Part shown: piece by piece, positions 1 through 7,334 of the stretch
How the letters are laid out: the number at the start of each line of letters is the position of its first letter
Numbering within the stretch: position 1 is the stretch's first letter
Virus record (IMG/VR): IMGVR_UViG_3300020045_001036
Span: 31,351-95,350 of that record
Source of the DNA: a virus
Direction: 5' to 3' (one strand)
Length of the DNA: 64,000 nucleotides
The notes under the pieces: generated by a model
Databases searched by the model: none
What the model saw: only the letters and a program-made list of their open reading frames with translations
What the model was told of the DNA's origin: nothing
Translations under genes and position numbers: made by a program

Positions 1-10
1 TTGCACAACA

Positions 11-89
11 AAATAGAGTAGTTAAAGTTAAGTTACTTCAAAAAATATGGATTTTTAAACAACAAACTTAACTCCTGTTCTCTCTATTT
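11..89 (+). ncRNA. Structured repeat RNA copy 1 (Y RNA/YrlA-like)
   Basis: Outer stem AAATAGAG/CTCTATTT, internal loop TAGTTA / CCTGTTCT, inner stem AGTTAAGTT/AACTTAACT, conserved AGTTACTTCAA at 31-41. Confidence 0.7.
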
Positions 90-93
90 AAAT

Positions 94-167
94 TCCTCTC
101 TAGCTCAATTGGTTAGAGCTCCGCACTGTTAATGCGGAGGTTCCTGGTTCGAGCCCAGGGAGAGGAG
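94..167 (+). tRNA. tRNA-Asn(GTT)
   Basis: Acceptor TCCTCTC/GAGAGGA, anticodon arm CCGCA-CTGTTAA-TGCGG, T loop TTCGAGC. Confidence 0.95.
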
Positions 168-178
168 CAATAAAAACT

Positions 179-250
179 GGGGGAAACGATAGTTCGAACC
201 TATCTGGGGCCACAATAGTGTGGTTCTATCGTCTAGGGGATAGGACGCCC
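179..250 (+). ncRNA. Circularly permuted tRNA-like module without an anticodon loop
   Basis: Order is T arm GATAG-TTCGAAC-CTATC (188-204), acceptor stem TGGGGCCACA/TGTGGTTCTA closed by ATAG loop (205-228), then D arm GTC-TAGGGGATAG-GAC (231-246); GGG/CCC closes the ends. Confidence 0.7.
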
Positions 251-260
251 TAAAATTACA

Positions 261-383
261 AATACAAGGTAGTTATAACTAAGTTACTTCAACTTTAGCT
301 CATAGAGCAAATAACTTTTAATTATTCGGAACCAGTTAAATCTGGTATTTTGCAAACACCTTAGTTAGCATTCTCCTTGTATT
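261..383 (+). ncRNA. Structured repeat RNA copy 2 with embedded degenerate tRNA-Lys(TTT)-like body
   Basis: Outer stem AATACAAGG/CCTTGTATT, inner stem TAACTAAG/CTTAGTTA, AGTTACTTCAA at 282-292; loop has TAGCTCATAGAGCA, AATAA-CTTTTAA-TTATT and ACCAG-TTAAAT-CTGGT. Confidence 0.7.
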
Positions 384-411
384 ATTATTTCTTTATGTGA
401 ATTATATGTTG

Positions 412-419
412 TACCTTTG
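412..419 (+). promoter_or_regulatory. Bacteroidota primary-sigma -7 element TAnnTTTG (TACCTTTG) inside a hairpin
   Basis: Matches TAnnTTTG about 20 nt upstream of the ATG at 440; flanked by inverted repeat ATGTGAATTA...TAATTCACAT (395-436). Confidence 0.55.
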
Positions 420-439
420 TACATATTAATTCACATGTT

Positions 440-904
440 ATGAACACAGAACAATTTATACCTTGGTTTACAGGGTTATTTGAAGGAGAAGGATCCTTCT
501 ACATTACAAAAGGTATAGCAAAAGGCTTATCCTTGACATCTACAGATTTAGATGTGTTAGAGAGAATACAAGAGCATTTAGGTGGCAATATCTGTGCAAG
601 TACAACAAAGAGAGAGCATTGGAAACAAGCCTATATTTGGACTATACACGGTATAAATGCTAAAAGGGTTGTAGAAAATATGCAACCATACCTTTTAAAT
701 AGAAGATTAAATAGATCCCAGGAATGGATATCTTTATATGATGCTAATGTAGAAATACAAGCAACTAAGAAATTAGAACAAGAACAAAAAATTCAACAAA
801 TTTTAATTTTAAGTGAAACAGGTTTAACACATTCTCAAATAGCTTCACAAATGGGTTATGAAAGAAGTAGTGTAACTAAGATCATTAACAAGATTAGACC
901 TTAG
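440..904 (+). CDS. LAGLIDADG-family homing endonuclease with C-terminal HTH
   Basis: N-terminal WFTGLFEGEGSF motif; C-terminal GLTHSQIASQMGYERSSVTKI helix-turn-helix. Confidence 0.8.
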   Translation: MNTEQFIPWFTGLFEGEGSFYITKGIAKGLSLTSTDLDVLERIQEHLGGNICASTTKREHWKQAYIWTIHGINAKRVVENMQPYLLNRRLNRSQEWISLYDANVEIQATKKLEQEQKIQQILILSETGLTHSQIASQMGYERSSVTKIINKIRP

Positions 905-933
905 TCTCACCTTTCACACTAATCTTTATTATT

Positions 934-1119
934 ATGAGCAGAACTTTAAGAAGATCAAAAAAAGATAATAAAATATATCCAGAAGGACAATTTCCTAAAG
1001 TCTTTAGATATGTATGTAGATGTTCTTATTGTACAGGAGTAGATAAACAGACTCTAGTTAATAAGATTCAAAAAAAAGAGTTAAAACAATTAATAAACTA
1101 CAATGCAACATGGATTTAA
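934..1119 (+). CDS. Small basic hypothetical protein (CRCSYC)
   Basis: ORF track; AT-rich leader. Confidence 0.55.
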   Translation: MSRTLRRSKKDNKIYPEGQFPKVFRYVCRCSYCTGVDKQTLVNKIQKKELKQLINYNATWI

Positions 1120-1214
1120 ATAAATATCTAGTATTAGGAATATTAGGTTTAAATATTGCATTATATCTTTATATCTATATCGTAGATATAAAGAAAAATA
1201 AGATAACACAATAG
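1110..1214 (+). CDS. Possible 34-aa membrane peptide
   Basis: Manual translation MDLNKYLVLGILGLNIALYLYIYIVDIKKNKITQ; start overlaps the end of the preceding ORF. Confidence 0.35.
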   Translation: MDLNKYLVLGILGLNIALYLYIYIVDIKKNKITQ

Positions 1215-1288
1215 TAATGAGAAAGTTACTTCAACAAAATCTGTAACATTTTATAAAACCAACTTTCTTAAATGTTCTTTGTGTTTAT
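1203..1288 (+). ncRNA. Structured repeat RNA copy 3 with Tyr(GTA)-like anticodon stem-loop
   Basis: Outer stem AACACAA/TTGTGTT, inner stem TGAGAAAGTT/AACTTTCTTA, AGTTACTTCAA at 1224-1234, loop hairpin AAAAT-CTGTAAC-ATTTT (1236-1252). Confidence 0.7.
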
Positions 1289-1362
1289 GGCCCTTTAGCT
1301 CAGCTTGGTAGAGCAGTTGACTCATAATCAAAAGGTCTCAGGTTCAAATCCTGGAGGGGCCA
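1289..1362 (+). tRNA. tRNA with CAT anticodon, probably Ile2 (lysidine) rather than Met
   Basis: GGCCCTT/AGGGGCC-type acceptor typical of Ile2, loop CTCATAA, T loop TTCAAAT. Confidence 0.85.
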
Positions 1363-1393
1363 CAACTAATTAATTAACTAAACAATTAAAATC

Positions 1394-1537
1394 ATGCCTA
1401 AAGTAAAAATAAAACAACAGACTCCACAAGAACGCGCTGATGCGTTCCATAATTGGATGCAAAATAAAGTCAAATCTGTACATCTAGCTGATAATGCTAA
1501 AATGTCGGAAGCTTATGTAAAAGTATATAAAGCATAG
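1394..1537 (+). CDS. 47-aa hypothetical protein
   Basis: Manual translation MPKVKIKQQTPQERADAFHNWMQNKVKSVHLADNAKMSEAYVKVYKA; A-rich leader; followed by a hairpin at about 1536-1563. Confidence 0.55.
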   Translation: MPKVKIKQQTPQERADAFHNWMQNKVKSVHLADNAKMSEAYVKVYKA

Positions 1538-1642
1538 CCCTATACTTGATGGCTATAGGGTTTAAGTAAGCACATACATTCAGATAACATTACACACTAA
1601 GAACAATTGAATGTTCATTCTGACGTATGTGCTTTAAAATAT

Positions 1643-1713
1643 AGGATATAGTTATAAGTAAGTTACTTCAAAAACGCTATTTTTAAAAAAAACTTACTTA
1701 GCTTTCTTATCCT
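1643..1713 (+). ncRNA. Structured repeat RNA copy 4 (Y RNA/YrlA-like)
   Basis: Outer stem AGGATA/TATCCT, internal loop TAGTTA / GCTTTCT, perfect inner stem TAAGTAAGTT/AACTTACTTA, AGTTACTTCAA at 1661-1671. Confidence 0.7.
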
Positions 1714-1837
1714 TAAACTTAATGAGAGAACCGTGATATGCACCTTTAGGTAGTATAGAGCAAACGTCATACTCATTACAATACTAGTCCATACGGGTAG
1801 ATGGTTAACTTGCTAATACCATGCAAGCTAGTAAAAT

Positions 1838-1908
1838 TGGGATATGGTGTAATGGTAACACAACTGTTTTTGGTGCAGTCTTTCAAGGTTCGAGTCCTTG
1901 TATCCCTA
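1838..1908 (+). tRNA. tRNA-Gln(TTG)
   Basis: TGGGATA/TATCCCT acceptor, ACTGT-TTTTGGT-GCAGT anticodon arm, TTCGAGT T loop. Confidence 0.9.
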
Positions 1909-2092
1909 CTACTCTGTTTACACCTTTGTCATACAAAGTGGGGAGCCATGCCCAGAACACTGGTGAGTTTTGTATGTTATGTAGAAATTTAAACATTCAG
2001 GTCTTAGTTACTTGCAAATAACTAAGATAACAGTTAAGAAGTATATATCAGTATGTGCGAGTACACAGAACTATAGAGAGCTTAACTTTAAT

Positions 2093-2174
2093 GGCTATGT
2101 GGCGGAATTGGTAGACGCACTAGATTTAGGATCTAGCACCGTAAGGTTTGTGGGTTCGAGTCCCACCTAGGCCA
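2093..2174 (+). tRNA. tRNA-Leu(TAG)
   Basis: D arm GCGGAATTGGTAGACGC, CTAGA-TTTAGGA-TCTAG, long variable arm, TTCGAGT; two acceptor-stem mismatches. Confidence 0.88.
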
Positions 2175-2299
2175 CAGCAGTTACTTGATTCTCGTATAGT
2201 ACAGTAACAATTATCAGGATATGAGATGTCCATGGATAGTCCTTTAGTGATGTGGAATTCCATCCTAACATGCCTGAGTAGGAAAGCTTAGGCACCAAT

Positions 2300-2370
2300 G
2301 CGTGGGTGATGTAATGGTAACATGGTGGTCTCCAAAACCATTCTTAGAGGTTCGAGTCCTTTCCTGCGCG
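2300..2370 (+). tRNA. tRNA-Trp(CCA)
   Basis: GTGGT-CTCCAAA-ACCAT anticodon arm, TTCGAGT T loop. Confidence 0.92.
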
Positions 2371-2487
2371 CAAAGAGATAGTATATTTAAGTATATAGTA
2401 ACTAGTATAACTGTTAGAGTAATTAATAATGTATGCGAAATAGTTATTCAATTCTGAAAGCAATTTCTCTTTTTAAATGAAAAGTAT

Positions 2488-2649
2488 ATGGGATACAAAG
2501 ATGAAAATACAAAGCACAGAGTAGGAGTGTTAACACCTAAAAAAGGTTTTAAATGTCCTAAATGTGGCGATGATAAAATTAAAGTTAAAGCTACACTTGT
2601 AGTATGTCCTTCTTGTAAGAAGATAGTAGACGGTAAATATTTAAAATAA
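2488..2649 (+). CDS. 53-aa zinc-ribbon protein
   Basis: Manual translation MGYKDENTKHRVGVLTPKKGFKCPKCGDDKIKVKATLVVCPSCKKIVDGKYLK with two CxxC. Confidence 0.65.
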   Translation: MGYKDENTKHRVGVLTPKKGFKCPKCGDDKIKVKATLVVCPSCKKIVDGKYLK

Positions 2650-2716
2650 AGATTAAGGGTCTTGTAATGTATACACATCTAAGATTGTCACTTATCCATG
2701 TGGGTATCTTTATTAT

Positions 2717-2789
2717 GGTCCTGTAGCTCAGTTGGTAGAGCACCTGCCTGAAGAGCGGGGTGTCAGAAGTTCGAGTCTTCTTGGGACCA
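2717..2789 (+). tRNA. tRNA-Phe(GAA)
   Basis: GGTCCTG/TGGGACC acceptor, CCTGC-CTGAAGA-GCGGG. Confidence 0.93.
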
Positions 2790-2850
2790 CAAATGTGATT
2801 AAACTTTTTCTATGGGGTCACAAAGAGATATATCTCTACATAGAAGCAAT

Positions 2851-2922
2851 GGCCTATTCGTCTATTGGTTAGGACCCCAGGTTTTCAGCCTGGTAAGAAC
2901 AGTTCGACTCTGTTATAGGCTA
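2851..2922 (+). tRNA. tRNA-Glu(TTC)
   Basis: GGCCTAT/ATAGGCT acceptor, CCAGG-TTTTCAG-CCTGG. Confidence 0.93.
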
Positions 2923-2927
2923 CAAAT

Positions 2928-3001
2928 CGTGAGGTAGAGCAGATGGTTAGCTTGCTGGGCTCATAACCCAGAGGTCGGTGGTTCGAATCCACCCCTCGCA
3001 A
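2928..3001 (+). tRNA. Initiator tRNA-fMet(CAT)
   Basis: C1:A72 mismatch and three G-C pairs in CTGGG-CTCATAA-CCCAG. Confidence 0.93.
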
Positions 3002-3057
3002 CTAAAGTGGAGTATACGTGTAGTAACCACAAGATTGATATCATCTACTACACTCTA

Positions 3058-3136
3058 GGGTTTATGGCAGAGCGGTCGAATGCGGCAGACTGTAAATCTG
3101 TTATCCCACACCGTGGTTCGAATCCACGTGGACCCA
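3058..3136 (+). tRNA. tRNA-Tyr(GTA)
   Basis: GGGTTTA/TGGACCC acceptor, GCAGA-CTGTAAA-TCTGT, TTCGAAT. Confidence 0.9.
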
Positions 3137-3184
3137 CAACAAGTCCCTCTAGACATGGATTGTTAAGTTTGTTATTAGTTAATT

Positions 3185-3214
3185 AACCCTGCATAGCAAT
3201 ATGTGGGGTTTTTT
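3185..3214 (+). terminator. Intrinsic terminator ending the tRNA cluster
   Basis: AACCCTGCATA-GCAA-TATGTGGGGTT followed by a T run. Confidence 0.8.
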
Positions 3215-3247
3215 GTGTCTAGTAGGTCAAGATTAAATTTGAGAATT

Positions 3248-3913
3248 ATGTTGAAGAAGAATAAAAAAAGTAGAGTACTAATAATAGGAGATCTACATGA
3301 ACCTTTTAGTTTAAAAGGGTATATGAAACATTGTAAAGATGTTTACAAAAAACACAATTGTGATACAGTAGTATTTATAGGCGATATCATTGACAATCAT
3401 GCTAGTTCTTATCATGAGTCTGACCCTGATGGGCATAGTGCGGGGAGTGAGTTAGATTTAGCAATTAATAAAATTAAATGTTGGTATAGAGCTTTTCCTA
3501 AAGCCACTGTGATTATAGGTAATCATGATAGACTAATATTCAGAAAAGCATTTAGTTCCGGCATTCCAAAAAGATGGATTAAGAACTATTCAGAAATATT
3601 AAAAACTCCAGGATGGGATTTTAGGGAATCTGTTGAGATAGATGGTATATCTTATATTCACGGAGAAGGTGGTACAGCTAGAAATAGAGTTAGAAAAGAT
3701 CTTTGTTCTATAGTGCAAGGTCACTTACATACACAATCTTATACAGAATGGGTAGTAGGTAAAAACTTCAAAATATTTGCTATGCAAGTAGGTTGTGGTA
3801 TTGATGCTAAGGCCTATGCTATGGCTTATGCTAAAAACTTTCCAAAACCTGCAATTAGTTGTGGAGTAGTCTTAGAAGGAGACACAGCATTAAATGAAAT
3901 GATGAATTTATAA
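3248..3913 (+). CDS. Calcineurin-like metallophosphoesterase
   Basis: GDLH, GDIID, GNHD, HG, GHLH motifs; start moved to ATG 3248 because 3203 lies inside the terminator. Confidence 0.88.
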   Translation: MLKKNKKSRVLIIGDLHEPFSLKGYMKHCKDVYKKHNCDTVVFIGDIIDNHASSYHESDPDGHSAGSELDLAINKIKCWYRAFPKATVIIGNHDRLIFRKAFSSGIPKRWIKNYSEILKTPGWDFRESVEIDGISYIHGEGGTARNRVRKDLCSIVQGHLHTQSYTEWVVGKNFKIFAMQVGCGIDAKAYAMAYAKNFPKPAISCGVVLEGDTALNEMMNL

Positions 3914-3931
3914 TTTTCATAAAAAGTTAAA

Positions 3932-4330
3932 AACAAGTTGGTGATACTACACACCTAAGCTCTATGCATCTCAACAAATAGTATAAATTATAGTACAAAC
4001 TTGTCTGAAAGGACTTGGCTTTTATCTATTAGATAGAAGCTGAGTCCTTTACAGAAGAAGGTATTGGTGTCTTTTGTATTAGACAGATGGTTGAACATGA
4101 TCCAACTTGGTTTTATTTATTTTGAGTATTTCTTCCCAGTTATATTTACCCCGTTAGAAACTGTATGCACTTGTGCTACACTAACAAAAATTTAGTTTCT
4201 AACAGTATTCTTTGGAAACCCTCTATTTACAATATCTTATTTATTGATAACACTCTCTGCTTAGAGTGTTTACCAATGATCAGATAACGTAGATTTAGGG
4301 TTTCCTTTTTTCTTTTTCTCAAGGGATACT
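3932..4330 (+). ncRNA. Candidate large structured RNA or structured leader upstream of polA
   Basis: At least five consecutive stems with many G-U pairs on the + strand and no ORF. Confidence 0.45.
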
Positions 4331-4359
4331 AGAAGGAATGTAAATTAAATTGAGGAAAT

Positions 4360-6228
4360 ATGAGATATTGTGTATTTGACCTTGAGTCAGACGGTCTTAT
4401 AGATACTGTAACTAAAATACATTGTCTTAGTTATGCTATTTATGTAGACAACATACTTATAAGCAAAGGTTCACTAAGAAACTATATTGAAATTGGTAAC
4501 TTCATATTAGGTCAAACCATATTAGTGGGCCATAATATTATTAGGTATGATGTACCGGTATTAGAAAAAATACTAGGTATTAAGATTACAGCCAGGCTTA
4601 TAGATACATTGGCATTGTCATGGTATTTATATCCTAACAGAATTAAACATGGATTAGAAGGATTTGGTGAAGAGTTTGGCATACTAAAACCAACTATTAA
4701 CGATTGGACTAATTTAAGTGTAGAAGAGTATATACATAGATGTAATAGAGACGTTGAGATTAATTCAAAACTTTTTATTAATCAGATGCATTATCTAATG
4801 AGAATTTATATTGGTGATACAATTAAAGTTAATCAATTATTAGATTATTTAACATTTAAGTTGGATTGTGCTAGAGAGCAAGAAGAAATAGGGTGTAGAA
4901 TAGATCTAGAATTGATTAACAAATCATTAGATGAGTTATATGTACTTCAAAATGAAAAAACTCTAGCTCTTATAGAAGCAATGCCAAAAAACATTACTTA
5001 TAAAGAGTATAGAAAACCTAGTAAAATGTATAAGAAAGATTTAAGTCTATCTAGTACAGGTTATAAATGGTTAACTTTATTAGAACAAAATAATTTATCT
5101 GAAGATTTTAATGATGTGCTAACTTTACCTATACTTGAAGAAGATGGTAATCCTAGTTCTACACAACAATTGAAAAGCTGGCTAGATTCATTAGGTTGGG
5201 AACCTTGTACATTTGTCTTTAATAAAGATAAAGATGGGAATCCTAAATCAGTACCACAAATTTATGTGAGTGATGAAGTATGTATATCTATTAAAAGATT
5301 ATATAGTATAGAACCGGCATTAGAGAATCTAGATATGCTATCCTTGATTAAGCATAGAATAGGAATCTTTAAAGGTTTATTAGAAGCTCAATATAAACCA
5401 GGTTGGGTAAGAGCTGAAATAGCTGGGCTAACCAATACATTAAGGTTTAAACATAAGAAGCCTATAGTAAATCTTCCTAAAGTTTTTAAATTCTATGGGG
5501 AACAAATTAGAGGTAGTATAGTAGCACCTAGTGATAGTTATGTACTGTGCGGTAGTGATATGAGCTCATTAGAAGATAGTACTAAGCAGCACTATATGTA
5601 CTTCTATGATCCAGATTATGTGATTCAAATGAGGACACCAGGTTTTGATCCTCACTTAGATATTGGAATCTTAGCTAATATGTTAACTGTTGAACAAGCA
5701 GATAGACATAAGGCTAAAGAAGAAGATTTCTCACAGATAAGAAACCTAGCTAAAGTAGTAAACTTTAGTGCAGTATATGGAGCAGGACCACCTAAAATTG
5801 CCCAATCTACTGGCATGTCTCTACAGGAGGCTCAGGCTCTACATAGAACTTATTGGAATAGAAATAAATCAGTAAAGTTTATAGCTAGAGATGCTGTAAC
5901 TAAGACAGTAGATGGCCAGATGTGGCAGTTCAATCCAGTATCAGGATTTTGGTATACTCTAAGATTTGAAAAAGATAAATTCAGTACATTAAATCAAGGT
6001 ACGGGAGTATTTTGTTTTGATATGTGGGTTAGACAACTTAGAGCTAGAGGTATTAAAATTATGATCCAATACCATGATGAAGTAGTTATACCACTAGAGA
6101 AAGGTAGAGAAGAAGAGATTAAAGAAAAAATTGAAGAGTCTATTCAAACTGTTAATAGTATAGTCAAATTGAATGTACCATTAGGAGTATCCGTAGACTT
6201 AGGTATTAATTATGCAAAAATTCACTAG
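4360..6228 (+). CDS. polA: Family A DNA polymerase (3'-5' exonuclease + polymerase)
   Basis: Exo motifs FDLESD and GHNIIRYD; polymerase motifs DMSSLE, AKVVNFSAVYG, YHDE. Confidence 0.95.
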   Translation: MRYCVFDLESDGLIDTVTKIHCLSYAIYVDNILISKGSLRNYIEIGNFILGQTILVGHNIIRYDVPVLEKILGIKITARLIDTLALSWYLYPNRIKHGLEGFGEEFGILKPTINDWTNLSVEEYIHRCNRDVEINSKLFINQMHYLMRIYIGDTIKVNQLLDYLTFKLDCAREQEEIGCRIDLELINKSLDELYVLQNEKTLALIEAMPKNITYKEYRKPSKMYKKDLSLSSTGYKWLTLLEQNNLSEDFNDVLTLPILEEDGNPSSTQQLKSWLDSLGWEPCTFVFNKDKDGNPKSVPQIYVSDEVCISIKRLYSIEPALENLDMLSLIKHRIGIFKGLLEAQYKPGWVRAEIAGLTNTLRFKHKKPIVNLPKVFKFYGEQIRGSIVAPSDSYVLCGSDMSSLEDSTKQHYMYFYDPDYVIQMRTPGFDPHLDIGILANMLTVEQADRHKAKEEDFSQIRNLAKVVNFSAVYGAGPPKIAQSTGMSLQEAQALHRTYWNRNKSVKFIARDAVTKTVDGQMWQFNPVSGFWYTLRFEKDKFSTLNQGTGVFCFDMWVRQLRARGIKIMIQYHDEVVIPLEKGREEEIKEKIEESIQTVNSIVKLNVPLGVSVDLGINYAKIH

Positions 6229-7334
6229 TGAGTACAGAGAATGCCCAAATAACTATTTTAAATAGTTTAGCTGTGAATCCGCATGGCATTCTTAATCTAA
6301 GTCCCAGATTTGGTAAGACTAAGCTTGTCTTAGATCTCATCAAAAGAGATAAACCAAAGAAGATACTTTGGGTAACTCCTAATGCTCAGTTAAGAGATGT
6401 GGACATACCAGCAGAGTATAAAAAGTGGAAAGCATTGTTATATCTAAAAAAAACAGATATAGTGTGTTGGGGAAGTTTACATAGAGTTAGAGGTAGTTAT
6501 GATTTAGTAGTTCTAGATGAAATACAATTTATAACTATCAACAATTCTATTGGATTGCTAAATAAGATTAAGATTAAATATAAGAATATTATAGGACTCA
6601 CAGGTACAATGCCTAAACATAAAGAGAAACTTAAGTTGTATCAAACATTAAGACTTGAAGTGTTAAATAGTGTATCAATAGAGGAAGCTGTAGATCAAGG
6701 TCTAATAGCAGACTATAATATTACAATTGTAGAATGTATGCTTGACAATAAAGACAAGTATATATCTGCAGGCTCAGCAGCAGTAAAGTTTAAACAAACC
6801 GAACAAGGCCAATATGACTATTATTCTAAAACTATATCTAAGTTTAAGGATGCAGACAGATTAGTTCCTACATGGTTACTTTTACAAAGAATGAGATTCA
6901 TGTATACATTGAAGTCTAAATATCTAATAGCTAAAAGGCTGATTAGTAAATTAGAAGGTAGAACTTTAATATTTACAGGTGGAATACCTCAAGCTGAGTT
7001 CATGTGTCCACATTATTATCATTCCAAAACTGATACAACTAGTTTAGATAAATTCTTAGCAGGAACTATAAATATACTAGCTTGTGTTAATGCCGGAGGA
7101 GTAGGGTTTACCTACAGAGGAGTTGATAATTTTGTTATTGTACAAGTGGACAGTAATAAAAGTGGGAACTCAATTCAAAAGATTGCAAGATCACTAGTTC
7201 TTCAAGATGACTATAAAGCTAATATCTACATTTTAGTAGTAAAAAATACGGTTGATGAACAGTGGAAAGATTTAGCATTAGAAGAATTGAATCCTGATAA
7301 GATAACATACATAAGTTATAAAAATTATGAGTAA
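6228..7334 (+). CDS. SF2 (DExD/H-like) helicase
   Basis: PRFGKT Walker A, LDEIQ Walker B, GLTGT motif III, QKIARSL motif VI-like. Confidence 0.85.
   Translation: MSTENAQITILNSLAVNPHGILNLSPRFGKTKLVLDLIKRDKPKKILWVTPNAQLRDVDIPAEYKKWKALLYLKKTDIVCWGSLHRVRGSYDLVVLDEIQFITINNSIGLLNKIKIKYKNIIGLTGTMPKHKEKLKLYQTLRLEVLNSVSIEEAVDQGLIADYNITIVECMLDNKDKYISAGSAAVKFKQTEQGQYDYYSKTISKFKDADRLVPTWLLLQRMRFMYTLKSKYLIAKRLISKLEGRTLIFTGGIPQAEFMCPHYYHSKTDTTSLDKFLAGTINILACVNAGGVGFTYRGVDNFVIVQVDSNKSGNSIQKIARSLVLQDDYKANIYILVVKNTVDEQWKDLALEELNPDKITYISYKNYE

Noticed and set aside
384-933. Group I intron housing the LAGLIDADG ORF
   Set aside because: No recognisable P7/catalytic core and no interrupted host gene; flanks too short
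11-1713. AGTTACTTCAA repeats as a CRISPR or mini-CRISPR array
   Set aside because: Irregular spacing, only about 11-12 nt identical, each embedded in a covarying stem, no cas operon
1801-2021. ORFs 1801-1992 and 1821-2021
   Set aside because: Overlap tRNA-Gln and structured RNAs; no protein-like features
2175-2299. tRNA-associated theta (HDV-like) ribozyme after tRNA-Leu
   Set aside because: TTCTCGT resembles an L3 loop but I could not build the nested P1/P2/P3 pseudoknot
2448-2678. Minus-strand 76-aa ORF
   Set aside because: Antisense shadow of the + strand zinc-ribbon ORF 2488-2649
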